DNA of 64,000 nt from an uncultured bacterium. Its GTDB lineage: Bacteria; Patescibacteriota; Minisyncoccia; Minisyncoccales; CAVTZN01. The notes below the pieces were generated by a model, which made no database searches, was not told the origin of the DNA, and worked only from the letters and a program-made list of their open reading frames with translations. The stretch lies in NCBI GenBank assembly GCA_963703245.1, contig OY969803.1:245842-309841 (forward strand), in the 5' to 3' direction. Numbering within the stretch: position 1 is the first letter of the stretch; each line of letters opens with the position of its first letter. The translations under genes were made by a program, and so were the position numbers. Shown here piece by piece: positions 7,907-16,691 of the stretch.

Positions 7907-10020
7907 TCATTCTAAGTGAATTCTCTTTTGAAGCTCATCTAATTTCGCCCGCAAGAGCGGGTATTTTTTTAATAGTGGATCTTTTTCCAAAATTTCTTTT
8001 GCGGTATTTCTTGTCCTTTCGACTAATTTTATATCTTTCAGTGATTTCATTACTAAATCAGGAAGTCCCCATTGCCTTCTCCCCGAAAAGTCTCCCGGTC
8101 CTCTTATTTCCAAATCTTCCTGCGATAGCGAAAATCCGTCTTCGCATTTTATTAAGGCTTTTAATCTTTGATGCGTTTTTCTTGAAGATGATTCCGTAAA
8201 CAACAAACAATAAGATTGATAATGAGATCTTCCCACTCTACCTCTGAATTGGTGAAGCTGGGCAAGGCCGAAATGTTCAGTCCCTTCTATCATCATTATT
8301 GTGGCGTTGGGAACGTCAATCCCCACTTCAACAACGGAAGTTGAAACTAAAATATTCGTTTTTCCCATTTTAAAATTCCTCATTATTCTTTCCTTTTCTT
8401 TGGATGCTATTTTCCCGTGAAGTTTTCCGACTTTCAAATCAGGGAAAATTTCTTTGGATAATTTTTCATATTCTTCGTCAACGGCTTTCGCTTCTTTCCA
8501 ACCGCCGAAATCATTTTTGTCGTCATTCTTCCCAGATTCTATTCTTGGGCAAATTACAAATGCCTGTCTTCCTTCTTCAATCTGCGCTCTTATAAAATTG
8601 TATGCGTCTTCTCTTTCTTCAGGCGGTAATTATTTTCGTAATTATTTTTTTCCTTCCTTTCGGCAATTCTGTTATCAGCGACAAATCAAGGTCTCCGTAA
8701 ATAGTGAGAGCCAAGGTTCGGGGGATAGGGGTAGCTGTCATTGATAGCAGATGAGGAATGAAATTTTTCTGTTTGCAAAGTTTAGCTCTTTGTTCAACAC
8801 CAAATCTGTGCTGTTCGTCAATTATTATTAAGGCGAGGTTGTTAAATTTCACTTCTTTTTGTATCAACGCGTGAGTGCCGATTATAATATCTATATCGCC
8901 AGTATATAATTTTTTCCAAAAGTTTCTTGCGGGAAATTTCTATAGTTTCATTTTTCAGTTTTTTAGCGCGCAATAGGTCGGTTTTACCGGTAAGCAAAGC
9001 AATACTTAATTTGAATTTGAATAATAATTTTGAAATTTCCTGAAAATGCTGCTTAGCTAAAATTTCGGTTGGCGCCATAATTACAGTTTGATACCCGGCT
9101 TTGGCCGCGTTCAATGCGGCTATTGTTGCCACAACCGTTTTTCCCGAGCCGACATCTCCTTCTAAAAGTCGGTTCATAGGATGGGATTTTTCCAAATCTT
9201 TCAATATCTGCCAACTTGCTCTTCGTTGGGAATCAGTGAGTTTGAAGGGCAAAGATTCAACGAAGTTTTTGATTTTCGGCAGATCGGTCGGAATTGAAAC
9301 TGATTTTGCTTTTAATATTTTTATTCTTTCTCTTAAAACGGAAAGCTCTATAAAGAAAAGCTCTTCGAAAGAAAATCTTTCCTGAGATATTTTTGCTAAA
9401 TCCATTGAATCAGGAAAATGAATTTGCCAAAGAGCTTTTTTAAGAGGCAAAAATTTTTCTTTTTTTATAATTTCTTCCGGCAGTGGATCTAAAATTTTAT
9501 CTCGAAACTGAGAAAGCAAGGGCTTTAAGATATAACGAAACCATCTTGAAGAAAGTTTTCTGGTTTCAGGATAAACTGGCACAATTCTCCCAACATGGGT
9601 TAAAGAAGTGGCTTTGCCGATTTTTTCATAAATAGGGTTGGAAAGATAAAAATCATTTTTTCTTGTGCTAACCTTTCCGGCCAGACAAACATTTTCTCCT
9701 TCTTTCAGAGTTTCTGTCAAATAGGGTTGGTTAAACCAAACCACTTTTATTGCTCCGGTTTTATCTTCGACAATCGCCTGAGTTAGAATTATTCTTAATT
9801 TAAAAATTCTTTTATTTTCTATTTTACTAATTTTCCCTTGAATACAGCCGAAACTTTTTGATTTTAACTGGGAAATGGTAATTATCTTTGAAAAATCGTC
9901 ATAACGATTAGGAAAATAATAAAAAAGATCTCGGATATTTTTCAACCCAAGTCTTTTAAGCCCTTTCTGGGAAACCGGTCCAATTCCGGAAATTTGAGAA
10001 AGAAGAGTGAATAAATTCAT
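7907..10020 (-). pseudogene. recG: ATP-dependent DNA helicase RecG, split over three reading frames by two 1-nt frameshifts
   Basis: Track ORFs 8842..10020 (wedge domain, GDVGSGKT Walker A), 8619..8867 ([18 protein letters not shown]) and 7907..8437 (VSTSVVEVGIDVPNAT, QLHQFRGRVGRS) are colinear RecG pieces. Homology continues across the junctions (…[15 protein letters not shown]…, …[32 protein letters not shown]…) when the frame is shifted. Confidence 0.85.
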
Positions 10021-10021
10021 G

Positions 10022-10094
10022 TGCGCCCGAGAGGAGTCGAACCTCTAAGCTTCAGGTCCGCAACCTGACGTTCTATCCATTGAACTACGGGCGC
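10022..10094 (-). tRNA. tRNA-Arg (anticodon GCG), no encoded CCA
   Basis: The reverse complement folds perfectly: GCGCCCG-TA-GTTC-AATGGATA-GAAC-G-TCAGG-TTGCGGA-CCTGA-AGCTT-AGAGG-TTCGACT-CCTCT-CGGGCGC-A. Confidence 0.9.
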
Positions 10095-10177
10095 GTAACG
10101 CTTTTTTAAAATTATCATAAAATCAAGCTCATTTCAATTGACTTTCATTAAATCTGAAGTTAAAATAAAAGAGAATT

Positions 10178-10269
10178 GGAGAGGTGGCTGAGCGGTCGAA
10201 AGCGGCACACTGCTAACGTGTTATCCCGGTTAAACGGGATCGTGGGTTCGAATCCCACCCTCTCCGCCA
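10178..10269 (+). tRNA. tRNA-Ser (anticodon GCU), type II, CCA encoded
   Basis: Acceptor GGAGAGG/CCTCTCC, anticodon loop CTGCTAA, long variable arm (CCCGGTTAAACGGG), T arm GTGGG-TTCGAAT-CCCAC, then G-CCA. Confidence 0.9.
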
Positions 10270-10296
10270 TATATAAACTTTATCGGATAGACCCAT

Positions 10297-10728
10297 ATGC
10301 TTACTTTTGGACAATCAATATTAATAGCGATTATATCTAGTAGCATAGCCGCGACAATTGTTGGTGGTTTTTTCACCTATTTTGTTAATAAGAAATTGGA
10401 CCGACGCCAAAGAATCATGGAAATAAGAAAAAAGATTTATTCGGAAACGCATGAAGAATTGGCAGGATTCTTTGATAATGCAACCTCTGATGCTCGCCAG
10501 AAGGCCTCTACGGCCTTACTGATTCTATACAGACAAATTCAGCTATGGGGCTCAGTAGATGTGATTAAGCAATTTAATAAATTTTGGGATGCGTTTGATA
10601 AGAAAAACCAAAGAACGCAGGAAGAAATTAATGGAGAGTACACAAATTTAATAATCGAAATGCGTAAAGATTTGACAGGAAAAAACATTAATAAAGAAGA
10701 TGTCCGTAGATACGGAAAAATTAATTAA
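10297..10728 (+). CDS. Hypothetical protein with an N-terminal TM helix
   Basis: 143-aa ORF with a hydrophobic N-terminus (ILIAIISSSIAATIVGGFFTYFV). No motif was recognised. Confidence 0.45.
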   Translation: MLTFGQSILIAIISSSIAATIVGGFFTYFVNKKLDRRQRIMEIRKKIYSETHEELAGFFDNATSDARQKASTALLILYRQIQLWGSVDVIKQFNKFWDAFDKKNQRTQEEINGEYTNLIIEMRKDLTGKNINKEDVRRYGKIN

Positions 10729-10985
10729 GGATACCCAGACCCACGTGCCTCGGTAGGTGAGTCTTCAAAATCCCCGAAACACCTTCAAATAACTGGTACT
10801 TAACCCGAGTGTCCCGCAGTCAGCTTTTTTAAAACATTTTTAATTTAACAAGCGTATTATAAAGTAGAAAGGTCGTGAATAATATAAATATAAATTTTTA
10901 ACCTATATAGCATCGATTCAATATAGGTTGGTTATTAGACATAACGCCTCATTAATAAAATATAATAAAAAATAAAAACAGATAC

Positions 10986-11738
10986 ATGAATATAAAAAAA
11001 TATATTTCTTTAATCGTTACTTTAATAACTATAGGCAGTCTTGCTTTGGCAATCCCAACTTTTGCCCAAACCAATCAACAACGGATGCGTGACGGTAAAT
11101 TCGGAGGCGGACGAATTAACCCTAGACAAGCGTCAGCTATTGTCGGTAAAGTTTCATTAATAAATGGCACAACGCTTGAAATAACAATCAAAGCAGGACC
11201 AAATAGAGGCACTGCAACAATCTATACAGTTGATGCTTCAAAGGCAACGGTAACGAAGAACGGCCAGGCATCATCTGTGTCTAATATCACATTAGGCGAT
11301 ACGATAACAGTCCAAGGAACAGTCAGTGGAACAAACGTAACTGCAAAGACAATCAGAGATGATACGTCTCAGCCTCAACAAAAAATCCAAGACAATGGCC
11401 AGTCGGTTATAGAGGGTAGTGTTACATCAATAAATGGAAATACCATTATAATTACAAATAAAAGCAATATTGTATATACGATTGATGCCTCAAACGCTAA
11501 GTTCGTTGTAACGGGGATAACAAGTCCATCAATTGCAAATATTACAGTGGAGGATAATGTGGTGGTTCAGGGGACAGTTAATGGTACAAATGTAACTGCT
11601 TCATCTGTAATCGACCAAAAAACAACAGTAAAGAACAATACAAACAATCCAGGCAATAATCAAAAATTTCAGCTTGGTTTTAATACTGGTTTTATTGGTG
11701 GTATCGTCGATTTCTTTAAACATTTATTCGGATTTTAA
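10986..11738 (+). CDS. Secreted protein with two tandem ~75-aa repeats (DUF5666-like)
   Basis: Signal peptide ending AIPTFA-Q. The repeats are ...INGTTLEIT...YTVDASKATVTKNG..ITLGDTITVQGTVSGTNVTAKTI and ...INGNTIIIT...YTIDASNAKFVVTG..ITVEDNVVVQGTVNGTNVTASSV. Confidence 0.55.
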   Translation: MNIKKYISLIVTLITIGSLALAIPTFAQTNQQRMRDGKFGGGRINPRQASAIVGKVSLINGTTLEITIKAGPNRGTATIYTVDASKATVTKNGQASSVSNITLGDTITVQGTVSGTNVTAKTIRDDTSQPQQKIQDNGQSVIEGSVTSINGNTIIITNKSNIVYTIDASNAKFVVTGITSPSIANITVEDNVVVQGTVNGTNVTASSVIDQKTTVKNNTNNPGNNQKFQLGFNTGFIGGIVDFFKHLFGF

Positions 11739-11946
11739 TTCAATAACCGAAGAACTTGCGGAATGGTGTGAAAAAAGGCAACACTCTTCGCCGATAACAA
11801 AACCTCAAAAGAGAACTGGCCTAAAATGTTTCTTGGCTAGAAAGATCTCGACACAGGAAGTCTCTTCGTTATGACTCCTGGATATACAGGCACTTTAGCA
11901 AATGCGCCAGAAAGAGATAACTAATAATTAACCATCTCGACACGAA

Positions 11947-11987
11947 GGGGCGTGGAAAAGAAATCCTCCATACCCCTTTTCTTTTTT
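11947..11987 (+). terminator. Orphan terminator-like hairpin
   Basis: GGGGCGTGGA-N10-TCCATACCCC (one mismatch, one G-U) followed by TTTTCTTTTTT. There is no called ORF in the 200 nt upstream. Confidence 0.45.
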
Positions 11988-12173
11988 ATAATCTACCACC
12001 AAAATAAAAACTTGAAATTATCTAATAAATAGTAAGTAGTAGGGTAGGGTAAAATGTGATAAATTAAATATACGGGCTTAAACCTGTCTGTCGGCAGATA
12101 GGTCTGGATGTAAATATACTTAGTTTATTTTTGGAATATAGTTCTAACACTGTCCATGATATTCCGATTTTAT

Positions 12174-12263
12174 GGTGGGGTGCTAGAGTGGTTGAATAGG
12201 CTGGTCTTGAAAACCAGTATACCAGAAATGGTATCGTGAGTTCGAATCTCACCCCCACCGCCA
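12174..12263 (+). tRNA. tRNA-Ser (anticodon UGA), type II, CCA encoded
   Basis: Acceptor GGTGGGG/CCCCACC, anticodon stem CTGGT/ACCAG, loop CTTGAAA, long variable arm, T arm GTGAG-TTCGAAT-CTCAC, then G-CCA. Confidence 0.9.
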
Positions 12264-12343
12264 ATTTCCCTCACGTACACAACCCAAATAGAAACGCGGG
12301 AATAATATCTTAAGTAAAAAACCTTTAATTGTTAAAAAAGTTG

Positions 12344-12372
12344 TTTTCACTTTCTTTTCGAAATGATATAAT
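12344..12372 (+). promoter_or_regulatory. Putative sigma-70 promoter of the pilus operon (extended -10)
   Basis: TTTTCA-N17-TATAAT with TG one base upstream of the -10 (TGaTATAAT), about 15 nt before pilM. Confidence 0.35.
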
Positions 12373-12387
12373 AACTAAATATAAGGT

Positions 12388-13482
12388 ATGATAAAATTTC
12401 CTTTTAGTTTTACTAAAAAAAATGCTTTAGGAATAGATATTGGCACTTTCTCAATAAAAATTGTTGAGCTTTCAAGAAAGGGAGAAAGGAAAATATTGGA
12501 AAATTACGGAGAAGTTTCTACTCGAGAGGCAGGCGAAAAACCATTTCGTACAGGTTTTGGTTTAGAAGGAGGTTCTTTTTTGCTTTCGAACCGAGAAATA
12601 TCACAAGGGATTAAAGCGATTTTAACAGAAGCTAAAATTAGTTGCCGAGCAGCCATCTTTTCTATCCCTGATTTTTCCAGTTTTTTCACCACAATAGAGC
12701 TTCCGTCGATGACAAAAGAAGAACTGCCAAAAGCCGTTGATTTTGCGGCCCGTCAACACATTCCCCTTCCGCTTTCAGAGGTTGTTCTCGATTGGTCAGT
12801 CGTTGGTGGAGAAGAGAAAATTGCCGATAATAATCTATTAAAAATTATTTTAGTCGCTGTTCCTAAAGAAGTTATTAACCAGTATCAGGAAATAAGCAAA
12901 ATTTGCGGTTTAAAACTTTTATCTCTCGAAGCCGAGGTTTTCGGTTTAGTTCGAGCCTTGATTAAAGAGGACAAGAGAGTTATTATTTTAGTAGATATTG
13001 GCGCTCAAAGCACCACTGTAAATATCGTTGCAGATAAATCTTTAAAGGCTAGCCACAGTTTTGATATCGGAGGGAAAGATTTGACTCAAACGATTTCTCA
13101 AAATTTCAACATTGACTTTTGGGAGGCTGAAGAACTGAAGAGAAAATACGGAATAATTCAAAAGCCAGAAGCCGTTTTTAATCAAAAACCTATTTCCGAA
13201 ATTTTACTCCCGAGGATCAATTTAATTTTAAATGAAATAGAAAAAATTAGCCAGAATTTTTATCAAAAAGAAGGGAAAGAATCACAAGTTCTTATTTTGG
13301 GAGGAGGCACAGCCTTGCTCCCCGGATTAAAAGATTACTTTGTTTCTCGGCTAAACAAGGAAGTAATTATTGCCAATGCCTTCCCGGATATTTTTTACCC
13401 TCAAATTTTAACCCCGGTTTTAAAAGAATTAAGCCCCAGTTATGCCATCGCCGTTGGTATGGCTCAACGGGGAATAGAGTAA
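12388..13482 (+). CDS. pilM: Type IV pilus assembly protein PilM (actin-like ATPase fold)
   Basis: ALGIDIGTFSIKIVEL N-terminal phosphate-1-like motif, VDIGAQSTTVNIV, LGGGTALLPGL. It is the first gene of the pil cluster. Confidence 0.75.
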   Translation: MIKFPFSFTKKNALGIDIGTFSIKIVELSRKGERKILENYGEVSTREAGEKPFRTGFGLEGGSFLLSNREISQGIKAILTEAKISCRAAIFSIPDFSSFFTTIELPSMTKEELPKAVDFAARQHIPLPLSEVVLDWSVVGGEEKIADNNLLKIILVAVPKEVINQYQEISKICGLKLLSLEAEVFGLVRALIKEDKRVIILVDIGAQSTTVNIVADKSLKASHSFDIGGKDLTQTISQNFNIDFWEAEELKRKYGIIQKPEAVFNQKPISEILLPRINLILNEIEKISQNFYQKEGKESQVLILGGGTALLPGLKDYFVSRLNKEVIIANAFPDIFYPQILTPVLKELSPSYAIAVGMAQRGIE

Positions 13483-13494
13483 ATTTTTAAAATT

Positions 13495-14052
13495 ATGGCA
13501 ATAGAAATTATTCCAAAACCAGAGGAGAGAAGACCAGCTTTTTTAATGAATATTTTCTTTTTTTTAGGGATTACTCTTTTAGTTTTATCTATTGCTGGAT
13601 ATGGTTATCTCCAATATAGTATAAGAAATACATCCCAGCATTTGAAAAATCTCGGGCAAGAAATTTTAGATAAAAGAACGCCCGAAGTTGAAAATTTGGA
13701 GAGAGAGATTTTAAGTTGGCGTCCTAAAATAGAAGATTATAATCTTATTTTCACTTCTCATAAAGCCCCTACTAATCTTTTTGAATTTTTAGAAAAAGTA
13801 ACCCATCCAAATATCTGGTGGGTTGATTTTGATTTAGATTTAACATCATCGTCCAATAATCTTAAATTAAAAGGCGTTTCTAAAGATTTTACTTCTCTGC
13901 AACAGCAGTTGATTGTTTTCGGGCAGGAAACATCCATTAAACAAATAACCTTAAACCAGCTTTCTTTAGCGAAAGGAGGGGGAGCAGAATTTGATTTAGT
14001 CCTTTCGGTTGACCCAAACGTATTTTCGCCAAAAATTTCCTCCCCCCAATAA
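13495..14052 (+). CDS. pilN: PilN-like bitopic pilus assembly protein
   Basis: Short cytoplasmic N-terminus, a single TM helix and a coiled-coil segment, positioned after pilM. Confidence 0.5.
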   Translation: MAIEIIPKPEERRPAFLMNIFFFLGITLLVLSIAGYGYLQYSIRNTSQHLKNLGQEILDKRTPEVENLEREILSWRPKIEDYNLIFTSHKAPTNLFEFLEKVTHPNIWWVDFDLDLTSSSNNLKLKGVSKDFTSLQQQLIVFGQETSIKQITLNQLSLAKGGGAEFDLVLSVDPNVFSPKISSPQ

Positions 14053-14056
14053 TTTT

Positions 14057-14575
14057 ATGAAAAAACCAATTTTAATTTTACTAATTTTTGCAATAATTAT
14101 CGCCATTTCAATCGGTCTGGTTTTGCCTTCTTTTGAAAAACTAAAAAATCTTTCATTGGAAGCCCAGCAGAGAGAAAAAGAACTTAAAGATTTGGAAGAT
14201 TATTTGTCCCATTTACAAAAAATATCACTTCAACTCAAAGAGTTCGCTCCTCAACTTGTAAAAATTGACCAAGGTTTACTACCCGATTCTTATCTACCCT
14301 CTCTCTTTACTCTTTTGCAAAAAATATCAGCTGAAAGCGGAATCAGTTTGAATGAAGTTAAAATTAGCCAGACAGGTTCTTTGAAAGAGAGCGAAAATAT
14401 AAAAGAAAGGGAAGTTAATTTTAACCTTTCCGGTCCTTACCAAAACTTTAAAAATTTTCTAACTTCTTTAGAAAATAGTGCTAGGCTTATTCAAACAACC
14501 AGCATCTCTTTTTCTACAAAATCTTCCAAAGAAATCCCAAAATACAATTTAAAAATCAAGGTTTACTCTTACTAA
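14057..14575 (+). CDS. pilO: PilO-like bitopic pilus assembly protein
   Basis: The start was set at ATG 14057 (MKKPILILLIF...). The protein has a TM helix plus a coiled coil (QQREKELKDLEDYLSHLQK) and follows pilN. Confidence 0.45.
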   Translation: MKKPILILLIFAIIIAISIGLVLPSFEKLKNLSLEAQQREKELKDLEDYLSHLQKISLQLKEFAPQLVKIDQGLLPDSYLPSLFTLLQKISAESGISLNEVKISQTGSLKESENIKEREVNFNLSGPYQNFKNFLTSLENSARLIQTTSISFSTKSSKEIPKYNLKIKVYSY

Positions 14576-14582
14576 AATATTC

Positions 14583-14864
14583 ATGGCAATAACTTTTATT
14601 AAACAAAAGAAAACGCAAAAATATCTAATCTACATCCTAATAGGGGCAGTAGTGGTTATGATTGTTGCCTGGTTTGTTTTTTTTAGAAAAACAGAAACTG
14701 TTTCCGTCCAGATTATCCCCATTGAGTCCTCTATGGCTTGGAAGAAAATTGATATAAGCCTCGAGATATTAGAAAATCCCATTTTTAAATCTTTAAAAGA
14801 ACTTGAGAAAGCGCCGACCTTTGAAGGAAAAACGGGCAGGATAAATCCTTTTTCTCCATTTTAA
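14583..14864 (+). CDS. Small single-TM protein of the pilus cluster (unknown role)
   Basis: 93-aa ORF with one TM helix, tightly packed between the pilO-like gene and pilB. Confidence 0.4.
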   Translation: MAITFIKQKKTQKYLIYILIGAVVVMIVAWFVFFRKTETVSVQIIPIESSMAWKKIDISLEILENPIFKSLKELEKAPTFEGKTGRINPFSPF

Positions 14865-14870
14865 AAATAT

Positions 14871-16598
14871 ATGTCTTTACTTCAAAGTCTTGAAAAAAAA
14901 GGGATTTTAAAAAAGGAAAAAGTAAGTGAATTAGAATACGAAATTAAAAAAACTGGGAAAAGCGCAGAAGAAATAGTTTTGGAAAAAGGAATTGTGCCAG
15001 AAGCAGATTTATTTAAATTGAAAAGTGAAATTTTTGGAATACCCCTCAAAGAAATACCAGCAGAAGAAATCCTTTTAAAGGTTCTGGAATTAATTCCAGA
15101 AGAAGCTGCTAGATACTACAAAATAATTCCCCTTACTCAGGACAAAAACGTTTTGGAAGTGGGGATGGTTTACCCCGAAGACTTAAAGGCTCAAGAGGCT
15201 TTAAGATTTTTAGTTAGGCAAGTAGGTCTTTTTCCAAAAATTTTTTTAATTAGTTTTTTTACTTTTGATTCTCTTTTAAAACAATATAGAACTCTTCGCG
15301 AAGAAGTCAAAAAAGCCTTATCGGAATTGGAAGTAGAGATAAAAAAAGAAAAAATAGAAATAAAACCCTTTAAAGCAACTGAATTTGAAAGATTGGTTGA
15401 AGAAGCACCAATTTCAAAAGTGGTTGCCGTAATTTTAAGACATGCCGTAGAGGGGAACGCTTCGGATATTCATATTGAGCCAGTTAAAAAGAGTTTGAGG
15501 GTTAGGTTTCGAGTCGATGGGGTTTTGCATTCAAGTATTCTTTTGCCTTTAAAAGTTCTGCCCGCCATTGTTGCGAGAATTAAAATTCTTTCCAATCTGC
15601 GGCTTGACGAAACGAGAATTCCTCAAGATGGTCGTTTTACAAGCGCAATTGATAATAAAGAAATTGATTTTAGAGTTTCAACCTTTCCAACTACTTTGGG
15701 AGAAAAAGTGGCCCTTCGTGTGTTGGACCCTTCTAAAGGAATGATTTCTCTTGAGGGGCTGGGATTTAGGGGGAGAGACCTAAATGTTCTTAATGAAGAA
15801 ATAAAGAAACCTTATGGGTTAATTTTATCTACCGGCCCTACAGGTTCCGGTAAAACAACTACTTTATACGCTATTTTAAATATTTTGAACAAAGAAGGAG
15901 TAAATATTGTTACCTTAGAGGACCCGGTTGAGTACTTCATTGAGGGGATAAATCAGTCTCAGGTCAGACCAGAAATCGGCTATTCTTTTGCCACGGGGCT
16001 TAGGCAGATTGTTCGGCAAGACCCAGATGTTATTATGGTAGGTGAAATTCGAGACGAAGAAACAGCCTCTTTAGCTATCCACGCTGCCCTTACTGGTCAC
16101 ATAGTTTTATCAACCCTACATACTAATAACGCTGTTGGTGTGATCCCCAGATTAATTGATATGGGAGTAAGTCCGTTTTTGTTGCCTCCCACCCTAAGTA
16201 TAGCCATTGCCCAGAGATTAGTGAGAGTTCTTTGCCCAGAATGTAAGAAGAAAGTAAAACCTTCCAAAGAAATTGAAAGTTTAATTTTAAAAGAAATTGA
16301 AACATTACCGGAAGCCACTAAAAAAAACATTCAAATTCCTAAATCTTTATATATTTTTGAGCCGAAGGGTTGTAAAAAATGTAATAACCAGGGCTATAAG
16401 GGAAGAATCGCGATTTTCGAGATTTTAGAAATGACGAAAGAAATAGAAAAAATAATTTTAACAGAATCATCAGAAACTAAATTTTCTGAATCAGCTAAGC
16501 ACCAAGGTATGATAACTATGAAACAAAGCGGTATTCTAAAAGTAATAGAAGGAATTACTAGTTTTGAAGAAATTTTAAGGGTGGCAGAAGAAAAGTAA
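14871..16598 (+). CDS. pilB: Type IV pilus extension ATPase PilB (GspE family)
   Basis: N-terminal GSPII_E-N-like domain, Walker A GPTGSGKTTT, RQDPDVIMVGEIRD, and a tetracysteine CPEC...CKKC motif. Confidence 0.85.
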   Translation: MSLLQSLEKKGILKKEKVSELEYEIKKTGKSAEEIVLEKGIVPEADLFKLKSEIFGIPLKEIPAEEILLKVLELIPEEAARYYKIIPLTQDKNVLEVGMVYPEDLKAQEALRFLVRQVGLFPKIFLISFFTFDSLLKQYRTLREEVKKALSELEVEIKKEKIEIKPFKATEFERLVEEAPISKVVAVILRHAVEGNASDIHIEPVKKSLRVRFRVDGVLHSSILLPLKVLPAIVARIKILSNLRLDETRIPQDGRFTSAIDNKEIDFRVSTFPTTLGEKVALRVLDPSKGMISLEGLGFRGRDLNVLNEEIKKPYGLILSTGPTGSGKTTTLYAILNILNKEGVNIVTLEDPVEYFIEGINQSQVRPEIGYSFATGLRQIVRQDPDVIMVGEIRDEETASLAIHAALTGHIVLSTLHTNNAVGVIPRLIDMGVSPFLLPPTLSIAIAQRLVRVLCPECKKKVKPSKEIESLILKEIETLPEATKKNIQIPKSLYIFEPKGCKKCNNQGYKGRIAIFEILEMTKEIEKIILTESSETKFSESAKHQGMITMKQSGILKVIEGITSFEEILRVAEEK

Positions 16599-16602
16599 AC
16601 CA

Positions 16603-16686
16603 CTACGAAATTACGAATCAGTACGAATATACAAATTTTTTAAAAGTAATTTATTTGTATATTAGTAAGAATTCGTAAATTCGTAG
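16603..16686. repeat. 84-nt imperfect palindrome filling the pilB-pilT spacer
   Basis: The 34-nt arms match at 29 of 34 positions (CTACGAAATTACGAATCAGTACGAATATACAAAT versus the reverse complement of ATTTGTATATTAGTAAGAATTCGTAAATTCGTAG). There are five TACGAA/TTCGTA hexamers. Confidence 0.75.
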
Positions 16687-16691
16687 AAACT

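Noticed and set aside
8404-8744. Two plus-strand ORFs (8404..8595 and 8454..8744)
   Set aside because: They are antisense to the recG coding sequence, whose homology is continuous once frameshifts are allowed.
7907-10020. Alternative genetic code (UGA reassignment, as in some CPR lineages) as an explanation for the broken ORFs in recG, rnj, dnaG and others
   Set aside because: Homology continues in a shifted frame, not through the stop. Reading through TGA gives non-homologous sequence with further stops. Long housekeeping ORFs use TGA, TAA and TAG as normal stops.
11674-11874. 66-aa plus ORF overlapping the end of the secreted repeat protein
   Set aside because: It has no start context or motif and overlaps a better-supported gene. 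The downstream non-coding DNA is treated as a possible RNA or remnant instead.
12064-12264. 66-aa minus-strand ORF
   Set aside because: It overlaps tRNA-Ser(UGA). The ...VRFELT... peptide is the usual antisense translation of a T arm.
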